Source of the DNA: Minutocellus sp. GHC0000111
Lineage: Eukaryota
NCBI GenBank assembly: GCA_977018835.1
Contig: OZ361258.1
Span: forward strand, 2,604,001-2,668,000
Direction: 5' to 3'
Length of the DNA stretch: 64,000 bases
Below the pieces are notes generated by a model, which was given only the letters and a program-made list of their open reading frames with translations, did no database searches and was not told the DNA's origin. Below, piece after piece: positions 47,581 to 60,032 of this stretch. Made by a program: the position numbers and the translations under genes. Position 1 is the stretch's first letter; each line of letters opens with the position of its first letter.

Positions 47581-49822
47581 ATGCTGCCTCGATCCATTCT
47601 CGTTGCAGCTGCGAGATATCCTCGTGCTAATACATCATGCTTTGGAGTATCTCGAAGACGGCCAAGGATACATGACCAGCATGCCCATACACGCTCACCA
47701 GCTGCTGCTGCACCTGCCTCATTCTCAACTTCGGCATTGGCAACAGACGACCGAGACAAAGCACCAGGCGCCGGTGCAACGGATTCGCTCCTTCCCAAGG
47801 AATCGCACCTGTCGACCAGAGAAACGCTGCAGCGAATTATCGATTTGTCTCGTCCCGACGTCAAGCTGATTGGTTTGTCGGCTGCTACTCTTGGCCTGAC
47901 ATCCTCCGTGACGCTTCTTCTGCCCTACCTCTCGGGTCAGGTAATCGATGCGGCGCTATTAGCTGCCCAGAATCCCGAAACGGCATCGTTCGACACAGTT
48001 CCCGTGGCGTTGGGTCTATTTGGTATGACGGCATTGGCAGGTGGTGGTGTTTACGTGCGATTACTGTTGCTAACCAAGGCAGCCAACAGAATTGTATCGA
48101 GGTTGAGACGGCAGCTCTTTGCTTCGACGCTTACCCAGGACATGATGTTCTTCGACTTGACTCGGCCGGGTGATATTCTCTCCAGATTATCAGCGGATGC
48201 GCAACTGGTCCAGGCAGCGGTGACTACCCAGGCTGTGTCGATGCTTCGAGGTTCGGTCATGTCGTGCGGTTCGGCATTCATGTTGTTCTCGACGTCCACG
48301 TCTCTGGCCTTTGTTTCCCTGGCCACACTCCCTCCAGTTTTCCTCGCGGCTCGAACCTTTGGGAAATCGCTACGCGAACGACAGACGGAAGTGCAAAAGC
48401 TGCACGCAGATGCCACGGCAATTGCGGAAGAGATTTGTGGAGGTATCAAAACAGTGAAGCAGTTCGGTTCCGAGAAACATGAAGTGAACCGTTACTCTGA
48501 AGCTGTAATCAAGGCACACGACGAGGCGATAGATGCTGGCAGAGCGCAAGCAGCGTTTGATGGATCAGTTCATGTGGCCGCAAATGGCGCCGTGCTATGT
48601 GTGCTTGGGTATGGCGGTACAATGGTATTGGATGGAGCCATCACAGCTGGTGATCTCACCAAATTTCTAATGTATTCTCTCCTTATGGCTGGAAATATTT
48701 CGTCGTTATCGAGCACTTACGCAGAGATGATGAAAAGCATCGCTGCCGCAGGACGAGTCTTTCAGATTGTGGATAGAGAACCCTTGATTCCATCAAATTT
48801 TGATGCATCGCGTACCGTAATGTCCGAAGGAAGTGCTGATTGCGAAGGAAATGAGGAGGAGGAGGACGGAACCAACGCGAACTTGATCAAGATTTTGAAG
48901 AATCATCAGCTTGGTATTGAATTCCGAAATGTTTCGTTCGCATATCCGTCAAGGGAGGCAGATTCGTACGTCATTGGACCTGGTATGTCGCTAAATGTTG
49001 GGCCAGGTGAAGTAATTGATCGTTGGTGGTAGCGGAAGCGAAAAAAAAACGCTTGCAGCCCTCTTGACTCGACTGTACGATGTATCAAATCCAGATGGAG
49101 CAGTTTTGATCGATGGGCACGACGTTCGAGACCTACATCCGAGCGTGCTCCGAGAATGCATTGGAGTTACGGCCCAAGAGCCGCAACTATTTGCGACAAC
49201 TATTGAGGATAATATTCGCTATGGAAATATGGCAGCAACTGATGAGGAAGTACGTGAGGCCGCTCGGCTTGCCCATGTGTTGAACTTCACTGATAGGCAT
49301 GATGCCTTCCCTGAGGGTTTGAAAACCTTTGTTGGTACTCGTGGTACCCAACTAAGTGGCGGGCAAAAACAGCGAGTTGCCCTTGCCCGAACGATACTCA
49401 AAGACCCAAGGATCATAATTCTGGACGAAGGTAAGTTTGTTACTTGTCTACAATAATGAATTTACATATTATGGCGTATTGTCTGTGTAATTTTTCATGT
49501 CTATGTTCGAATCAGTGTTTTTATTTAATTTAAAAACTCACATCTATCCGAATCTCTCTCTTTCTCAACAAAATATACCGCAGCAACGAGTGCTTTAGAT
49601 TCAGCAAGCGAGCACCATGTGAAGGAGGCAATCGATTCGGCAATGAAAGGTCGCACAGTTCTCTCTATTGCTCATCGACTTTCAACAATTCAACAAAGTG
49701 GTCGCATAGCGGTGCTAAAAGATGGAGTGATTGCCGAAGTCGGAACTTACGCCGAGCTGGTTGGCCGCAAGGACGGGGCATTCCGCGAGCTCATGGGCCG
49801 CCAACTTGTTTTAGGCGAATAG
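47581..49822 (+). CDS. ABCB half-transporter, MDL1/ABCB10-like, probable mitochondrial presequence; 1 intron
   Basis: Arg-rich leader, TM domain (GDILSRL), Q-loop QEPQLF, LSGGQKQR, ILDE|ATSALD (intron 49431-49583), IAHRLST. Frameshift/garbling at Walker A (~49019-49050). Confidence 0.9.
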
Positions 49823-50723
49823 TAGATAGAATATTTAGACCTGCTAATACAGTACAATATAACGGCCAAAAGGAAGGAAAACGTTAGATGAATCAGTCAC
49901 TTCAAGAATACATTCATATGTAATGTGTTTTGAATTTGGCAAAGCAATCAGCATCTCATGCCTGTGTTTGACTCAGAAAAAAGGATCTATGTGGGGTTGA
50001 GTTCATTGGTGCAGCAACCACGCAGAGTACGCTTCGCAGCGTCGCATCCGCGCATTGGAAGCCCCGAATCAATATGGTGGTGCATGTTTACCGATAGAAT
50101 TCATCACTGCAGAACAGAAGCATGAGGTTGTTCACTTGACTTGGCGAATAAGGATCGAGACGAAGGGTGAGAAGACTTACATTCGGAATGATTGGCATTG
50201 TACTCAATCGAAAACATCGGCCTGCCTATCTGGCGCCCTATTTGAATGCAGTTGGACTGGATCTGCTTGCAGGCTACACCTCTCCTGAAGGCACCACTTT
50301 CAACTCATTGAATTACGATGAATTGAGCTTTCAACTATGCTACGTAGGCCTAGCAAGTCTAGCTCGTAGCTAGCTAGTAGGACAGTAGCCATCGCAAAGA
50401 AATGGCAAAGCTCATCGCCGCATCATGTCACAGAGTGCATTGTTGCCCCACAACGAAGTGCTGGGGCTACCATTTCCAATGCGAGCGACCCCAGTTCAGA
50501 GTGAGTTCGAGTCGAGGCCCGGCCTCGCTCTCGGCTCCGCCTTGACGAAAATGTGGGGCCAGTGCTGCTGCTGCTGCTGACCTGGTGGCGCCCGCCCCGC
50601 ACAAAGCACATACGTCCGCAAAAAAGCACAGACACTGAGGCGGCGGAAAGACGACCTCATCACACCTGTCTCCGTCTCGCCTCGCTCAAAGCCATCTGCC
50701 TACGCCTGTGCTGCCTGCCCACC

Positions 50724-52607
50724 ATGGTCCAGTACGTGCTAATACCTGCTGATGCAGCCTTCCCCCTCAAGAATCTGAGTTATCATGTGGACGATTCTAA
50801 TGAGTCAACCGCCCTGCCACCAGGTGATCTTTTGCCCCACCATCTCGCAGCTGAAGCCCGATCGTCGTCTGACACCCAATCCCGAAAGGACGAGCAAGTT
50901 ATTGAGTACGAAGTAGTTCCACTGAGGCGCATGTCTGATCAAGTACCTGGCGTCTACGCTTACTTTCGTCGTCAGTACGATAATCGGGCGACCAAGCAAC
51001 CCAATCATAGAGCGACTTGCCTGCTCATGGCAACTGGTCAGCACTCCAAACGATTCTACGGTGATGTCTACATTGGCAGATATGGGAGGGATATCTCGCC
51101 AACAGGCAATAGAAGAGTGCAGAATGTGGATCTATTTTCAGAGGAAATTCATTGGGGATGTGTGAGTCCAGACTTACGTTTGGATGTTCTCAGAAAGGTT
51201 GGGAAAATGAATGGCGAAAAAGTAGAGCATGAACAAGTTTTCGCCACAATTCCAGATTGGTTGAAAGATGCATCGCGAGAGAATTATCGAGATTCTCTTC
51301 AAATATCTGCCCTAGCTGCGGCATTTGATGCAAAGAATGACGAGGGAAGTGATGATTCCTCCTCTTCATCGTCAAGTAATGACGAAAGCTCGTCGGATTC
51401 CGAAGACGAGAGGACAAAGCTTCGAAACGTGACGCTCTGCCTGCATTGTCGAGGTCCTACTCAAGCCCTCTGCCAAAATTGTGAGGGTGCATATTTCTGC
51501 AAAGATCCTCGCCCCTGTTTACGAAATGGGTGGTCTCATCAGTGCATCTGTAATACCTGGAAGGTTTATGTGGAACAGCGAGAGGAATTATCAGCATTTC
51601 CACTTGCTGAATGGCACCGGCGTCTCATGGGGAGGGATTGCCAAATTTCCGACTCAACCTACAGATCTTACCTTTCCGACAAATTGAAAGTTTTGGGCAA
51701 CGAATCTGGGTCGTGGTGGGACACCGAAGTAGATGGTTGGGCAGCAGGACTGAGTGGAAGTGCGCAAAGAGTAGATGCATCAATACGACGGTCGTACAGC
51801 CAGGGATTTATACTCGATGCGAGTCTCATCCCCCCAGAAAGGCATATTACAGATGAAGATTGCGTAGCTGCTGAAATTGCGAGGGATGCTCGTGGCCTGC
51901 CCATCATTGAGAGCTGGAGTGATTACTACAACTTACGGGGCATTCCCTTGACCAGTCCAGTGGCGCTGCTGTGTACATTCCCTCTCACGATTTTCTACGC
52001 TCTGCAAAAGTGGGGCGAAGTACCGATTACCGTCGCCAAAATGTTGGGTCGCAAATTACGAATTCATGCTGTGGGCATTGAGAAGGAGATGAACTTTTTG
52101 GATCTCTTTTCGGAGCTCGCATATCTGTTACCACAGGATCTTCAGATCGAGCTTACGTTTATTGTTAGGCAGGATATGCTCCCACCTAAATGTCGCACAC
52201 AAAGCCGTCAAGCTCAGGGGTATGATATGAAAGTGGACCTTGCGAGTAATCTTACTCTTTTGGTCAAAAGCGGTACTTATGGCGACGAGTTGAATCCTTT
52301 GTTTGGAGATGTTGGAACTGGACCTCCCGACATGCTAATTGGTCTCAATGCCGGTCTCTTTGCTTACAAAAGCTGGTCGAGTGTGGTGACATTCTACCAT
52401 GATAACCCAAGTGTTGTTGCCGTTTTCACCGATTACAATGCTCACAGTGGAGTCAATTGTGCCGGTCTAGGCGGCGGAAAGGGCAGAGAGAGTCTCACAA
52501 TCAACCCCTTTCGCCAGCCGTTGGCTATGCCTGTCTTTTGTTTCAATCTGCCGCAGTTTTCTAATGGCATCTTTTACGTCTTTAATGAACAGGAGCTTGA
52601 CGAGTGA
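50724..52607 (+). CDS. MYND-type zinc finger + MSS51-like C-terminal domain protein
   Basis: CLHC...CQNC...FC...C...WSHQCIC; SWSDYYNLRG, TFPLT, PDMLIGLNAGL, INPFRQP. Confidence 0.7.
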   Translation: MVQYVLIPADAAFPLKNLSYHVDDSNESTALPPGDLLPHHLAAEARSSSDTQSRKDEQVIEYEVVPLRRMSDQVPGVYAYFRRQYDNRATKQPNHRATCLLMATGQHSKRFYGDVYIGRYGRDISPTGNRRVQNVDLFSEEIHWGCVSPDLRLDVLRKVGKMNGEKVEHEQVFATIPDWLKDASRENYRDSLQISALAAAFDAKNDEGSDDSSSSSSSNDESSSDSEDERTKLRNVTLCLHCRGPTQALCQNCEGAYFCKDPRPCLRNGWSHQCICNTWKVYVEQREELSAFPLAEWHRRLMGRDCQISDSTYRSYLSDKLKVLGNESGSWWDTEVDGWAAGLSGSAQRVDASIRRSYSQGFILDASLIPPERHITDEDCVAAEIARDARGLPIIESWSDYYNLRGIPLTSPVALLCTFPLTIFYALQKWGEVPITVAKMLGRKLRIHAVGIEKEMNFLDLFSELAYLLPQDLQIELTFIVRQDMLPPKCRTQSRQAQGYDMKVDLASNLTLLVKSGTYGDELNPLFGDVGTGPPDMLIGLNAGLFAYKSWSSVVTFYHDNPSVVAVFTDYNAHSGVNCAGLGGGKGRESLTINPFRQPLAMPVFCFNLPQFSNGIFYVFNEQELDE

Positions 52608-52762
52608 AAGTAAAGTACCGGTAAATACCGGTAATAAAACTCAACTCAACTCGTGCTCATAGATCCACGTAGATCTACGTACGTACGTTGAACGCGTACA
52701 TACGTCATCGGCTCGTCACCTGCAACCTCACTCATTCTTTCGCCGCAACCGGCCAACCGGCC

Positions 52763-55186
52763 ATGATGAACTGTCGCCGAGGTCAGCAAGCGCTTCCTCT
52801 GGTGGCCGTGGCTGCCGCTGCCAGCGTAGATTCTTGCGTCGGCTTCACTTCGATCCCTCGAGATGGTACGTCTTCCCTTCTCGTTCCAAAGAGGCGCCTC
52901 TACGCGCCTGCGCTTACCGCAACATCTGCCGGCAATGACGTGCTGAGAGAGGGTCGTCTCGTGGAATTTACCACTGGGACCGGTGCCAGCAAAACCACCA
53001 CACTGGGCGCCATTGTTGGGCCGGATGGTAAGCGCAATTTGCGCATCCTTTCGTCATCCGGTCGCACATCTTCTGTGCCGCCCCGATCGATTCAATGCGT
53101 GATGCCCAATGGCTATTCGATATTGACGGAAGACGAGATTGGAGAGCACGAACGTGCCGCAGCCGAAGCATTAGAAAATGACGCCAATAAATCCGGCGAG
53201 GCTGTATTGGAAGTGTGGGAAATGCTGCTTGAAGATGACCCCTCTGCTACCATTGAGCTTACTACTCTAGCGGATCTGATTGCGGGAGATGACTCGTCCA
53301 TCTCGTGCTTTGCTACGAGAAAAGTGCTAGCAGATGGCGTCGCAAATTTTTGCTTCAAAGAGGTCGGGGTCAAAGGCAAACTCACAGAGGATAATGCCTG
53401 CCCACAGTACGAGCCGAGACCGACTGATGTGGTCGAGGCTTTGAAGGCTAAAGCTGCAGCCGATGCAGAAGAGAAAGCTCGATGGGAAGAGCTCAACGAA
53501 CGCATCAACAATGTTTCTGTAAAGTTCGATCTCGAGAAGGAGCCAGAAGAAGTTCGTACAGCGTTTCAGGCTCTTGAACGTCTAGGCTGTTTGGCAAATT
53601 TGACTCCTGAAGAAATGGAAAAAGAAGAAAAGAAGGAAACTACAAGTATTGGTGGTGACAGAGCTCAATCCATGTCAGTGGCGAAAGAATTTCTAGCAAA
53701 GCTTGGTCGCAAATCAACCCCAGAATCCGCAAGGTCATTGCTCATTGGGGCTGGAATTTGGGATATCCACACGAACTTGGATGTGATACGACTTCGCATA
53801 CCTACCTCATTTGATACTGATCTTGAGCAATTGGCTTTAGATCTCGAGGTGAATCCACCAGTAGATTTGGATGCGGGATCAAGACGAGACCTTACTCATT
53901 TACCGGCATTCGCGATCGACGAAGCTTCAACGCGAGAGATTGACGATGCTCTTTCAGTAGAAATTTTGGTCGATGCTGAGAAAGAGGGCCGACCAATTCA
54001 CACTCGACAAATTTTGTGGGTGCATATTGCAGATCCATCTCGGTATGTGGAGCTGGGATCACCTCTGGATAAGGAGGCCCGTCGTCGATTGTCGTCACTC
54101 TATCTTCCCACCGGCACAGTTCCAATGTTTCCAATGAATCTCGCGGCTGGGCCACTATCATTGACCCCGGATGAAATTTCGTGTGCATTGTCGGTCGGAA
54201 TGATGCTCGATGCCGACGGAGGTATTGACGAATCTGTACCGCCAATCATCACACCCTCAACGGTGAAAACTACGAGGCTTACCTACGAGCAAGTCGATAA
54301 AATGCTCGATCCCTTTGCAATGGCAGGCGACGACAGTGACATGGATGGAGTTGAGGATCTGGAAGCAACCCTCGATGCCTTGCGCAGGTTGGACTGGGCC
54401 AGTGAGCAAAGACTTCAGTGGCGAAAAGATGGCGGCTCTTTGGAATCGATTGGTCCGTACGAATTGCCTGACATGCAGGTGAAAGCGAGGCCTTCCACTG
54501 ATGAGCCAGATGGATGGGCAGTCGATATTGTTGCCCGGGAGCGGTACACGGCAAGCCGAATTGTGACTGAATTAATGTTGGCTGCCAATGAAGCGATTGC
54601 CATGTTTGGCGAAGCCAACGCGATTCCAATGCCCTATCGGTGCCAGGATATGGACGATGTTTCAGATGAAGAAATCGAATCAACCCCGGAGGGTCCCTGC
54701 CGAGCATGGCTGGCCATAAGGTCTACCACGAAATCTCAGATCTCACCTACACCACGTCCCCATGCTGGGTTAGGATTGGACGTGTACGTACAAGCCACAT
54801 CACCTGTTCGCAGGTATGCCGATCTCGCTCTTCATCATCAAATCAAAGCCCACTTAAGGGGAGACGAGCTGCCATTTCCAGATGGAATGGAAGGGGAAGA
54901 CGGGGTGAAACGAGCGTCTGCTATTCTGCGGTTAGCCCAGGATGGTGGTGAGGTATCAAGGCAGTTGGAACGACCTGCCAACGATTACTGGCTTCGGGAG
55001 TTCTTGCGAAGGCGAGGTACCAATCCAACAGAAGCCCTCGTTCTTAGCAGCGATCGGTGGAAGGAGGATAGATTCAAATTGTTACTCCCCGAGCTTGGTG
55101 CCATTGTTACATACGAGTCCAACCGCCCCATTGCGATTGGATCTCAGATTGACATTCCTTCGATTGCTCTCGCCGAGTTTGTGTAG
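52763..55186 (+). CDS. RNase II/RNB-family 3'-5' exoribonuclease, probable plastid-targeted
   Basis: RRDLTHL..FAIDEASTREIDDALS, VHIADP, SLYLPTG, ELMLAAN, HAGLGLDVYVQATSPVRRYADL; leader ending CVG-F. Confidence 0.9.
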   Translation: MMNCRRGQQALPLVAVAAAASVDSCVGFTSIPRDGTSSLLVPKRRLYAPALTATSAGNDVLREGRLVEFTTGTGASKTTTLGAIVGPDGKRNLRILSSSGRTSSVPPRSIQCVMPNGYSILTEDEIGEHERAAAEALENDANKSGEAVLEVWEMLLEDDPSATIELTTLADLIAGDDSSISCFATRKVLADGVANFCFKEVGVKGKLTEDNACPQYEPRPTDVVEALKAKAAADAEEKARWEELNERINNVSVKFDLEKEPEEVRTAFQALERLGCLANLTPEEMEKEEKKETTSIGGDRAQSMSVAKEFLAKLGRKSTPESARSLLIGAGIWDIHTNLDVIRLRIPTSFDTDLEQLALDLEVNPPVDLDAGSRRDLTHLPAFAIDEASTREIDDALSVEILVDAEKEGRPIHTRQILWVHIADPSRYVELGSPLDKEARRRLSSLYLPTGTVPMFPMNLAAGPLSLTPDEISCALSVGMMLDADGGIDESVPPIITPSTVKTTRLTYEQVDKMLDPFAMAGDDSDMDGVEDLEATLDALRRLDWASEQRLQWRKDGGSLESIGPYELPDMQVKARPSTDEPDGWAVDIVARERYTASRIVTELMLAANEAIAMFGEANAIPMPYRCQDMDDVSDEEIESTPEGPCRAWLAIRSTTKSQISPTPRPHAGLGLDVYVQATSPVRRYADLALHHQIKAHLRGDELPFPDGMEGEDGVKRASAILRLAQDGGEVSRQLERPANDYWLREFLRRRGTNPTEALVLSSDRWKEDRFKLLLPELGAIVTYESNRPIAIGSQIDIPSIALAEFV

Positions 55187-55764
55187 TAATTCGTAACTGC
55201 TAGGATAGATCTAATGCTCTCTACAAGCTACGTACCAGTAGGTCTGCAGCTGTAGCTGGCTACCGTAGGATAACATTGAGATAAGGATTGATTGATATGG
55301 TGCCGGGTACATGTCTCCTTGCTCCGCAGGCCGCGACCCTCCGCGTGTGGCCGGCAGGCAAGGCGATGGCCAGGTCCGAAAAATCGCGGCCGGTCCGATG
55401 TCGTCCGTATCGATTTCTCCACGGCATGTTTCGCTAACAGGCAAGATGATGATACCGACCGGGCAAGAGATGCAGAGGTTCCGCGCCCTACCTCTTGCGC
55501 TCTGCTACTATATGCTGTAGAAACTTTCAGATGTCTCTTTATTGCAGCAAAAGCTTGCCGTTCACCAGTATGAATCGGGAAGGAAGGGAGAAAAATATTT
55601 CCTCCTTTTCCATCCATCCCCCCCTGCCTTTGCGCCCTCGGCACAAACAATCGATATGCACCATACATGAAACATTTTAGATCTACCGTCTATGATGCGA
55701 CATTATATCTATGCAAAGTCTATTTTCTCAAAAGTCCTCCGCTTGTAGAGCCTTATTCCCTGCT

Positions 55765-56502
55765 CTACTTGCCAACCTTACCATAACTTTCGACTATCGC
55801 ATCAAAGGTTGGTTTCATCTCACCATACCGACTCTCGGGACACTGCACAGTAATGGTTACCAAGTTGGCACCCGCCCCGCCAGTAGCACCCTGCGCCAAC
55901 GTAAAGATACTGCGGAAATGACGCTCGGGTTGGCCAGGTACCGCAGCAGAGTAGTCAAAAATGTAGGCATTCTTCTTTGACTCGGCCGACATCAGCTTCG
56001 AGGTAGTTTCTTCTCCCATGATTTGACCCTTGGGCAAGATTGTCGATTGAGCCACCTCCTCGACGCTGCCAAAGCTACCCAACGACGTAAAGTCATCTCT
56101 CACGGGAGTATAAGCCAAGAACATGAGCGTCTTGTCTTCCGAGGCTGGGGTCGATTCGTCAACGTACAAATCAATCTTCCGCCGATCGGGCAGCGATTGG
56201 GATGATTTGGTCCAAGTTTTGGGCACAGATATTTTGAATCCATTAGAAGGATCCTCAATGGTGTCCAAATCTATCCCGGCGGCATGTGCGGGTTGAGTTG
56301 GAAGGAATACAGAGGCGGAAGTAGCAAGAGCTGCGGCAGTGGCATTGCCCAGAAAGTTGCGCCGAGAATCGACCGATTTGTGCTGCTGCTTCTGGTGTTG
56401 GTCGGTCACAACAGATGGTGTTGACAATATCTTGCCAGAGAATCCATGCACAGACGATATGCCTGCGGTGGCAAGGAGCAAAGTGGCAGAAGGGGCCCTC
56501 AT
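55765..56502 (-). CDS. PsbP-family thylakoid lumen protein
   Basis: Signal peptide ending VHG-F, twin-arginine SRRNFL, AHA cleavage site; GFKISVPKTW, FTSLGSFGSVEE, ITVQCPE. Confidence 0.85.
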   Translation of the reverse strand: MRAPSATLLLATAGISSVHGFSGKILSTPSVVTDQHQKQQHKSVDSRRNFLGNATAAALATSASVFLPTQPAHAAGIDLDTIEDPSNGFKISVPKTWTKSSQSLPDRRKIDLYVDESTPASEDKTLMFLAYTPVRDDFTSLGSFGSVEEVAQSTILPKGQIMGEETTSKLMSAESKKNAYIFDYSAAVPGQPERHFRSIFTLAQGATGGAGANLVTITVQCPESRYGEMKPTFDAIVESYGKVGK

Positions 56503-56858
56503 GGTTGGACTGCGTGGTCTGGATCAATGACGAGCATGAAGAACACTGTTCTGCGTGGTTGGCTTCAGAGCACAGCGCAGAGCCGAACAGCTCACAGCTA
56601 ATCCCGCACTTGTTGAACTTGCTTGATCCCGATTTCCATACGGCAAGTGACTCGACTCACTCGACTCAGCAAAGCCAAGGCCAAGAGGCCAAGCGGCAAG
56701 CTGCAAAGCATCAGTCACTTCATCGGGAAAAGCAGTCAAGCGCAAAGATGAGGGCGAGATAGCGGGCCAGTTGCTCTGAAATTGTACTGTAGCAACGAGT
56801 TAAGTTCCGAAGCTACGTAGCTAGCCAATAGATCTAGAGCGCGCTGCATGACGTTGCA

Positions 56859-59827
56859 ATGAGACAGCAGCTTCCATATCTGCCGTCGCAGACCCGCTCG
56901 AGGACGCAATCGGAGTCCTCCATCCACAACCTCGATGATGCTGGCACATCCGGTGCTGCTCCCTCGGCAGCCGCGGCCGCTTCGCTCTTTACTCGTGGCT
57001 CCATCGTCGGCCGAGGGGGGACGGCCGTAGTCAGCAGTGCACCGCATCATGCACCGCCATCTCCAGCATCTCGCAGGGAGGTATTTCACGATGCATCCAT
57101 GTCGCCACCGTCCTCGGCCCGGTCGCTGGAAACACCTGGAGGAGGAGGCCGAGCGGCCCGAGGCGGTCCCGCCAGCCTGCTGTTTGCTGCGCCGCCTCCG
57201 CCGCCATTGTCGCTTAGTCCCTCGTCGCCAGTATCGTCGAGGCCGTCACCGCTCCATCGTGCTGGGTCAGGCAGCAGCCCACCAACGGGTGCCAAGCGCA
57301 ACTCTCGGGGAAGGACGAACACATGGGATGCCAGTGCAGCCAGGACTTCACCGGTCGCCGCTCGAGGAGGCAACGGTAATAGTAGCAATGGCCGTTCGCT
57401 AAGCGCCAGATCCTTTGACGAAGGGGAAATGGATGGCAATGACTCACCGTCACCAAATAGTATGCGACAACAGTATCAACAACAACAACAGCAAGAGAGT
57501 GAAGCTTCATCAACATCCTCATTCGGCACCGGGGCCGAACCAGAACGTGATGCCAAAATTGCTGCCGCGTGGTTGTCGGGAAGTACCACCGACATATCGC
57601 CCATGTCATCTCTTACCACCAGCGGAGTCGGAGGAGGATCCGGCACTGGCGGTACATTACTTGGACCGCCCAGCGGCAGAATACCTTCATACCGTCAATC
57701 CAGCAATCCAGTAGAACACAATAGCAGCAGCATTGGTAGCAGCATTGGAGGTGGCTTGGCGGACTCGTATCCTCTCGTCAATTCGGCCAGTCAGCAAACG
57801 TACGATGATTCCATGCCATACGATGCAGACGACGGCCTTGGAGATTACGAGGAGGACTTGGCGCCGCCTTCCTACTACCACCAGCAGGGCGGTGTACTCT
57901 CTTCGTTGGCGTTTCCCAATCTACATCCATCAACTATCGATGAGGAAACCAAAGAAGAGATCCTGTCGGACCAAGACGAATCGGGCGAGATCGAGAACTG
58001 GTTGAGTGGCATCCACAGAGCTCGAAGTGGTGGGACGGGATCCGCGTCCGGTTCTGGTGAGGGGAATATCGCCGAGAACAAGATCGGAGGAGATAATACT
58101 GAAACAGGAGCAGACAAGTCCAAATCGCAACATCCGCATAGATCGCTAGTTCGATGGCTATCGGAGAGCTCGGAGATGTCCGTAAACACCGACGACGAAG
58201 ACTACTATACCAACGAGCAGGAGGGGGATGAGGACGGAGAGTCTAGTGACGATAGCAATGCTGATTCATCCGGGAGAGGTTCTCGTAGACGAAAAAGACA
58301 GGATCGATTTGGTGATCGGAAGAGCATGCCCAAGCAGCGACCATCCACCTCAAAATTGCCCCATTCACCATCGGCAGCTTCCATGGCAACCTCATTTCCG
58401 GCGGAACGACAACCAGTTCAATTTTGTGGAGTTACCCTACCTCTGTTCCTAACCACTTGTCCGCCCCGAATAGAAAAGCCTAGCTGGAATCGAGTATCAT
58501 CATATGTCGTTCGGCATGCTCCATGCTTTTGGTGTGGAGCTCGGCTGGAAACTTCGGCGACGGACCGAGCTGTGCTGGGACGGCTCAACCTGTTATGTGC
58601 CATATTTGCAATCGTCCAGGGAGGATCAGGTCTGTTCTTATTTATAGTACAAACACTAGGAGGCGGCTCTCCAGAAGAGGAGCAATTGGAACGGCAATCG
58701 CTAACTCCCAATCTTTGGAGCTTGAATGGCATGGTGTTCTTTCTTGGCCTTGTTGGCATCATCATTTTCTTTACCGAAATCTTGACCCTCCGTGTCATCC
58801 GAGAAGTCAACCTGGTGGGTTGTGTGCGCTATATGTGGAGTCTCTACTGGTTAGTGCCAATCGAAATCCTGCTCGTCGTTAGTTTGTTCGACTACCACCG
58901 CGTCACAGATGTTTGGATCCGACACTGGTGGCTCACGCCCTCATTCGACTGGTTCCGGCAACAGTTTTGCTTGGAGGGCACCGCCAACACCGAGTGTACC
59001 GTGCCAATTGAGGGAGGTGCCGAATTCGAGTCGGAAGACGAGTGGTGCTTTTTTTACTACAACACAACCACTTGTTCTCAGATTTTACTCGACGCCCAGA
59101 AGGAAATGGCAGCTGTATCTTACGTTTTCCTGACGGCAAATGCGATATGGGGCCTTCTACTCGTATGTTTGCTGTGCCTTGCCCTGAGGATGCTGGAAGG
59201 GATAATCACTGCGCCGATTGTACAGAGCTCCAAACAAGCCAATATTCCTCTATGGCTCTCCCTTCCTTGCTTGGGCTGCCTCGCCGGTGGCGCGACGTTG
59301 TTGTTTTCACCATCGTCCGCAGTTGGCAATGAAATGGGAAGCGAAGTATTTTGGGTCGGAGTAGCATATTTCGCATCAGGAGGTTCCTTCTTGTTTGCCG
59401 TATTGCTCGGTTGGTTTATCTCCACATACTCGGTGCTGAATTCACGAGATAAGCTTCACAAGCAAATCGCCGTCTCTTTATTCATCGTTACGATGGTTTT
59501 GACAATCTTCATTTTGATGGTGGTATTCGCAGCGAGTCTGGTATTTAGTGTGGATCTCGTTGATTATGGCATCTCCGACGATGAACGGGGAAACATTGCG
59601 TGTTACGTTGATACAGCCAACTCGTGTACCAACTGTGACGCACAGGACGAGGGATGGGATCCAACCGAGCCACAATGTCCAGAATGGACGCTTGATGATG
59701 TCGTCAAGGTTCTGCAGACGCAGCTGAAACACTGGCCGCCATTTTTCTGATTTATGCTTTCAGTGCCCTTCGCTTCGGCTTTGTTTTGAGATCTCATGTG
59801 TCTCGTTATCAGATTGAGTATGTGTAA
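56859..59827 (+). CDS. Multi-pass membrane protein with long disordered N-terminus and two Cys-rich loops (tetraspanin-like duplication)
   Basis: About 8 hydrophobic segments; Cys-rich loops FCLEG..ECTV..WC..TC and ACY..SCTNC..QCPEW. Frame break at ~59730 continues LAAIFLIYAFSALRFG..YQIEYV* to 59827. Confidence 0.65.
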
Positions 59828-60032
59828 CAATGTAGGCCAGCCTTTAGGTTGTCTGGCCATCTACATGTAATGTAAGGAGTTACGACTTTTAGAAGAGAGT
59901 AGATCTACGGGTACGGTCGTCTCAAGCACTCCCTTTCTGATTTTCACACTGCGATCAGCCTCAATTCTCAAAGGGAGGAGTACATGCTTCAGTGTACTTA
60001 CCACCTCTCATTTATTATTTGTGATCTACAAG

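Noticed and set aside
49823..50720. Small minus-strand gene with an intron-like GTAAGT...CAG at ~50108-50180
   Set aside because: The spliced product would be only ~25 codons with no recognisable motif.
55190..55760. Structured ncRNA between the convergent RNase II and PsbP genes
   Set aside because: A GC-rich patch with weak hairpin potential but no recognisable snRNA/snoRNA/tRNA signature; an Infernal/Rfam search would be needed.
1280..59740. Programmed frameshifting or insertional RNA editing to explain split ORFs
   Set aside because: Breaks are scattered, mostly at homopolymers, and include garbled conserved motifs (ABC Walker A). Long-read indel error is the simpler explanation.
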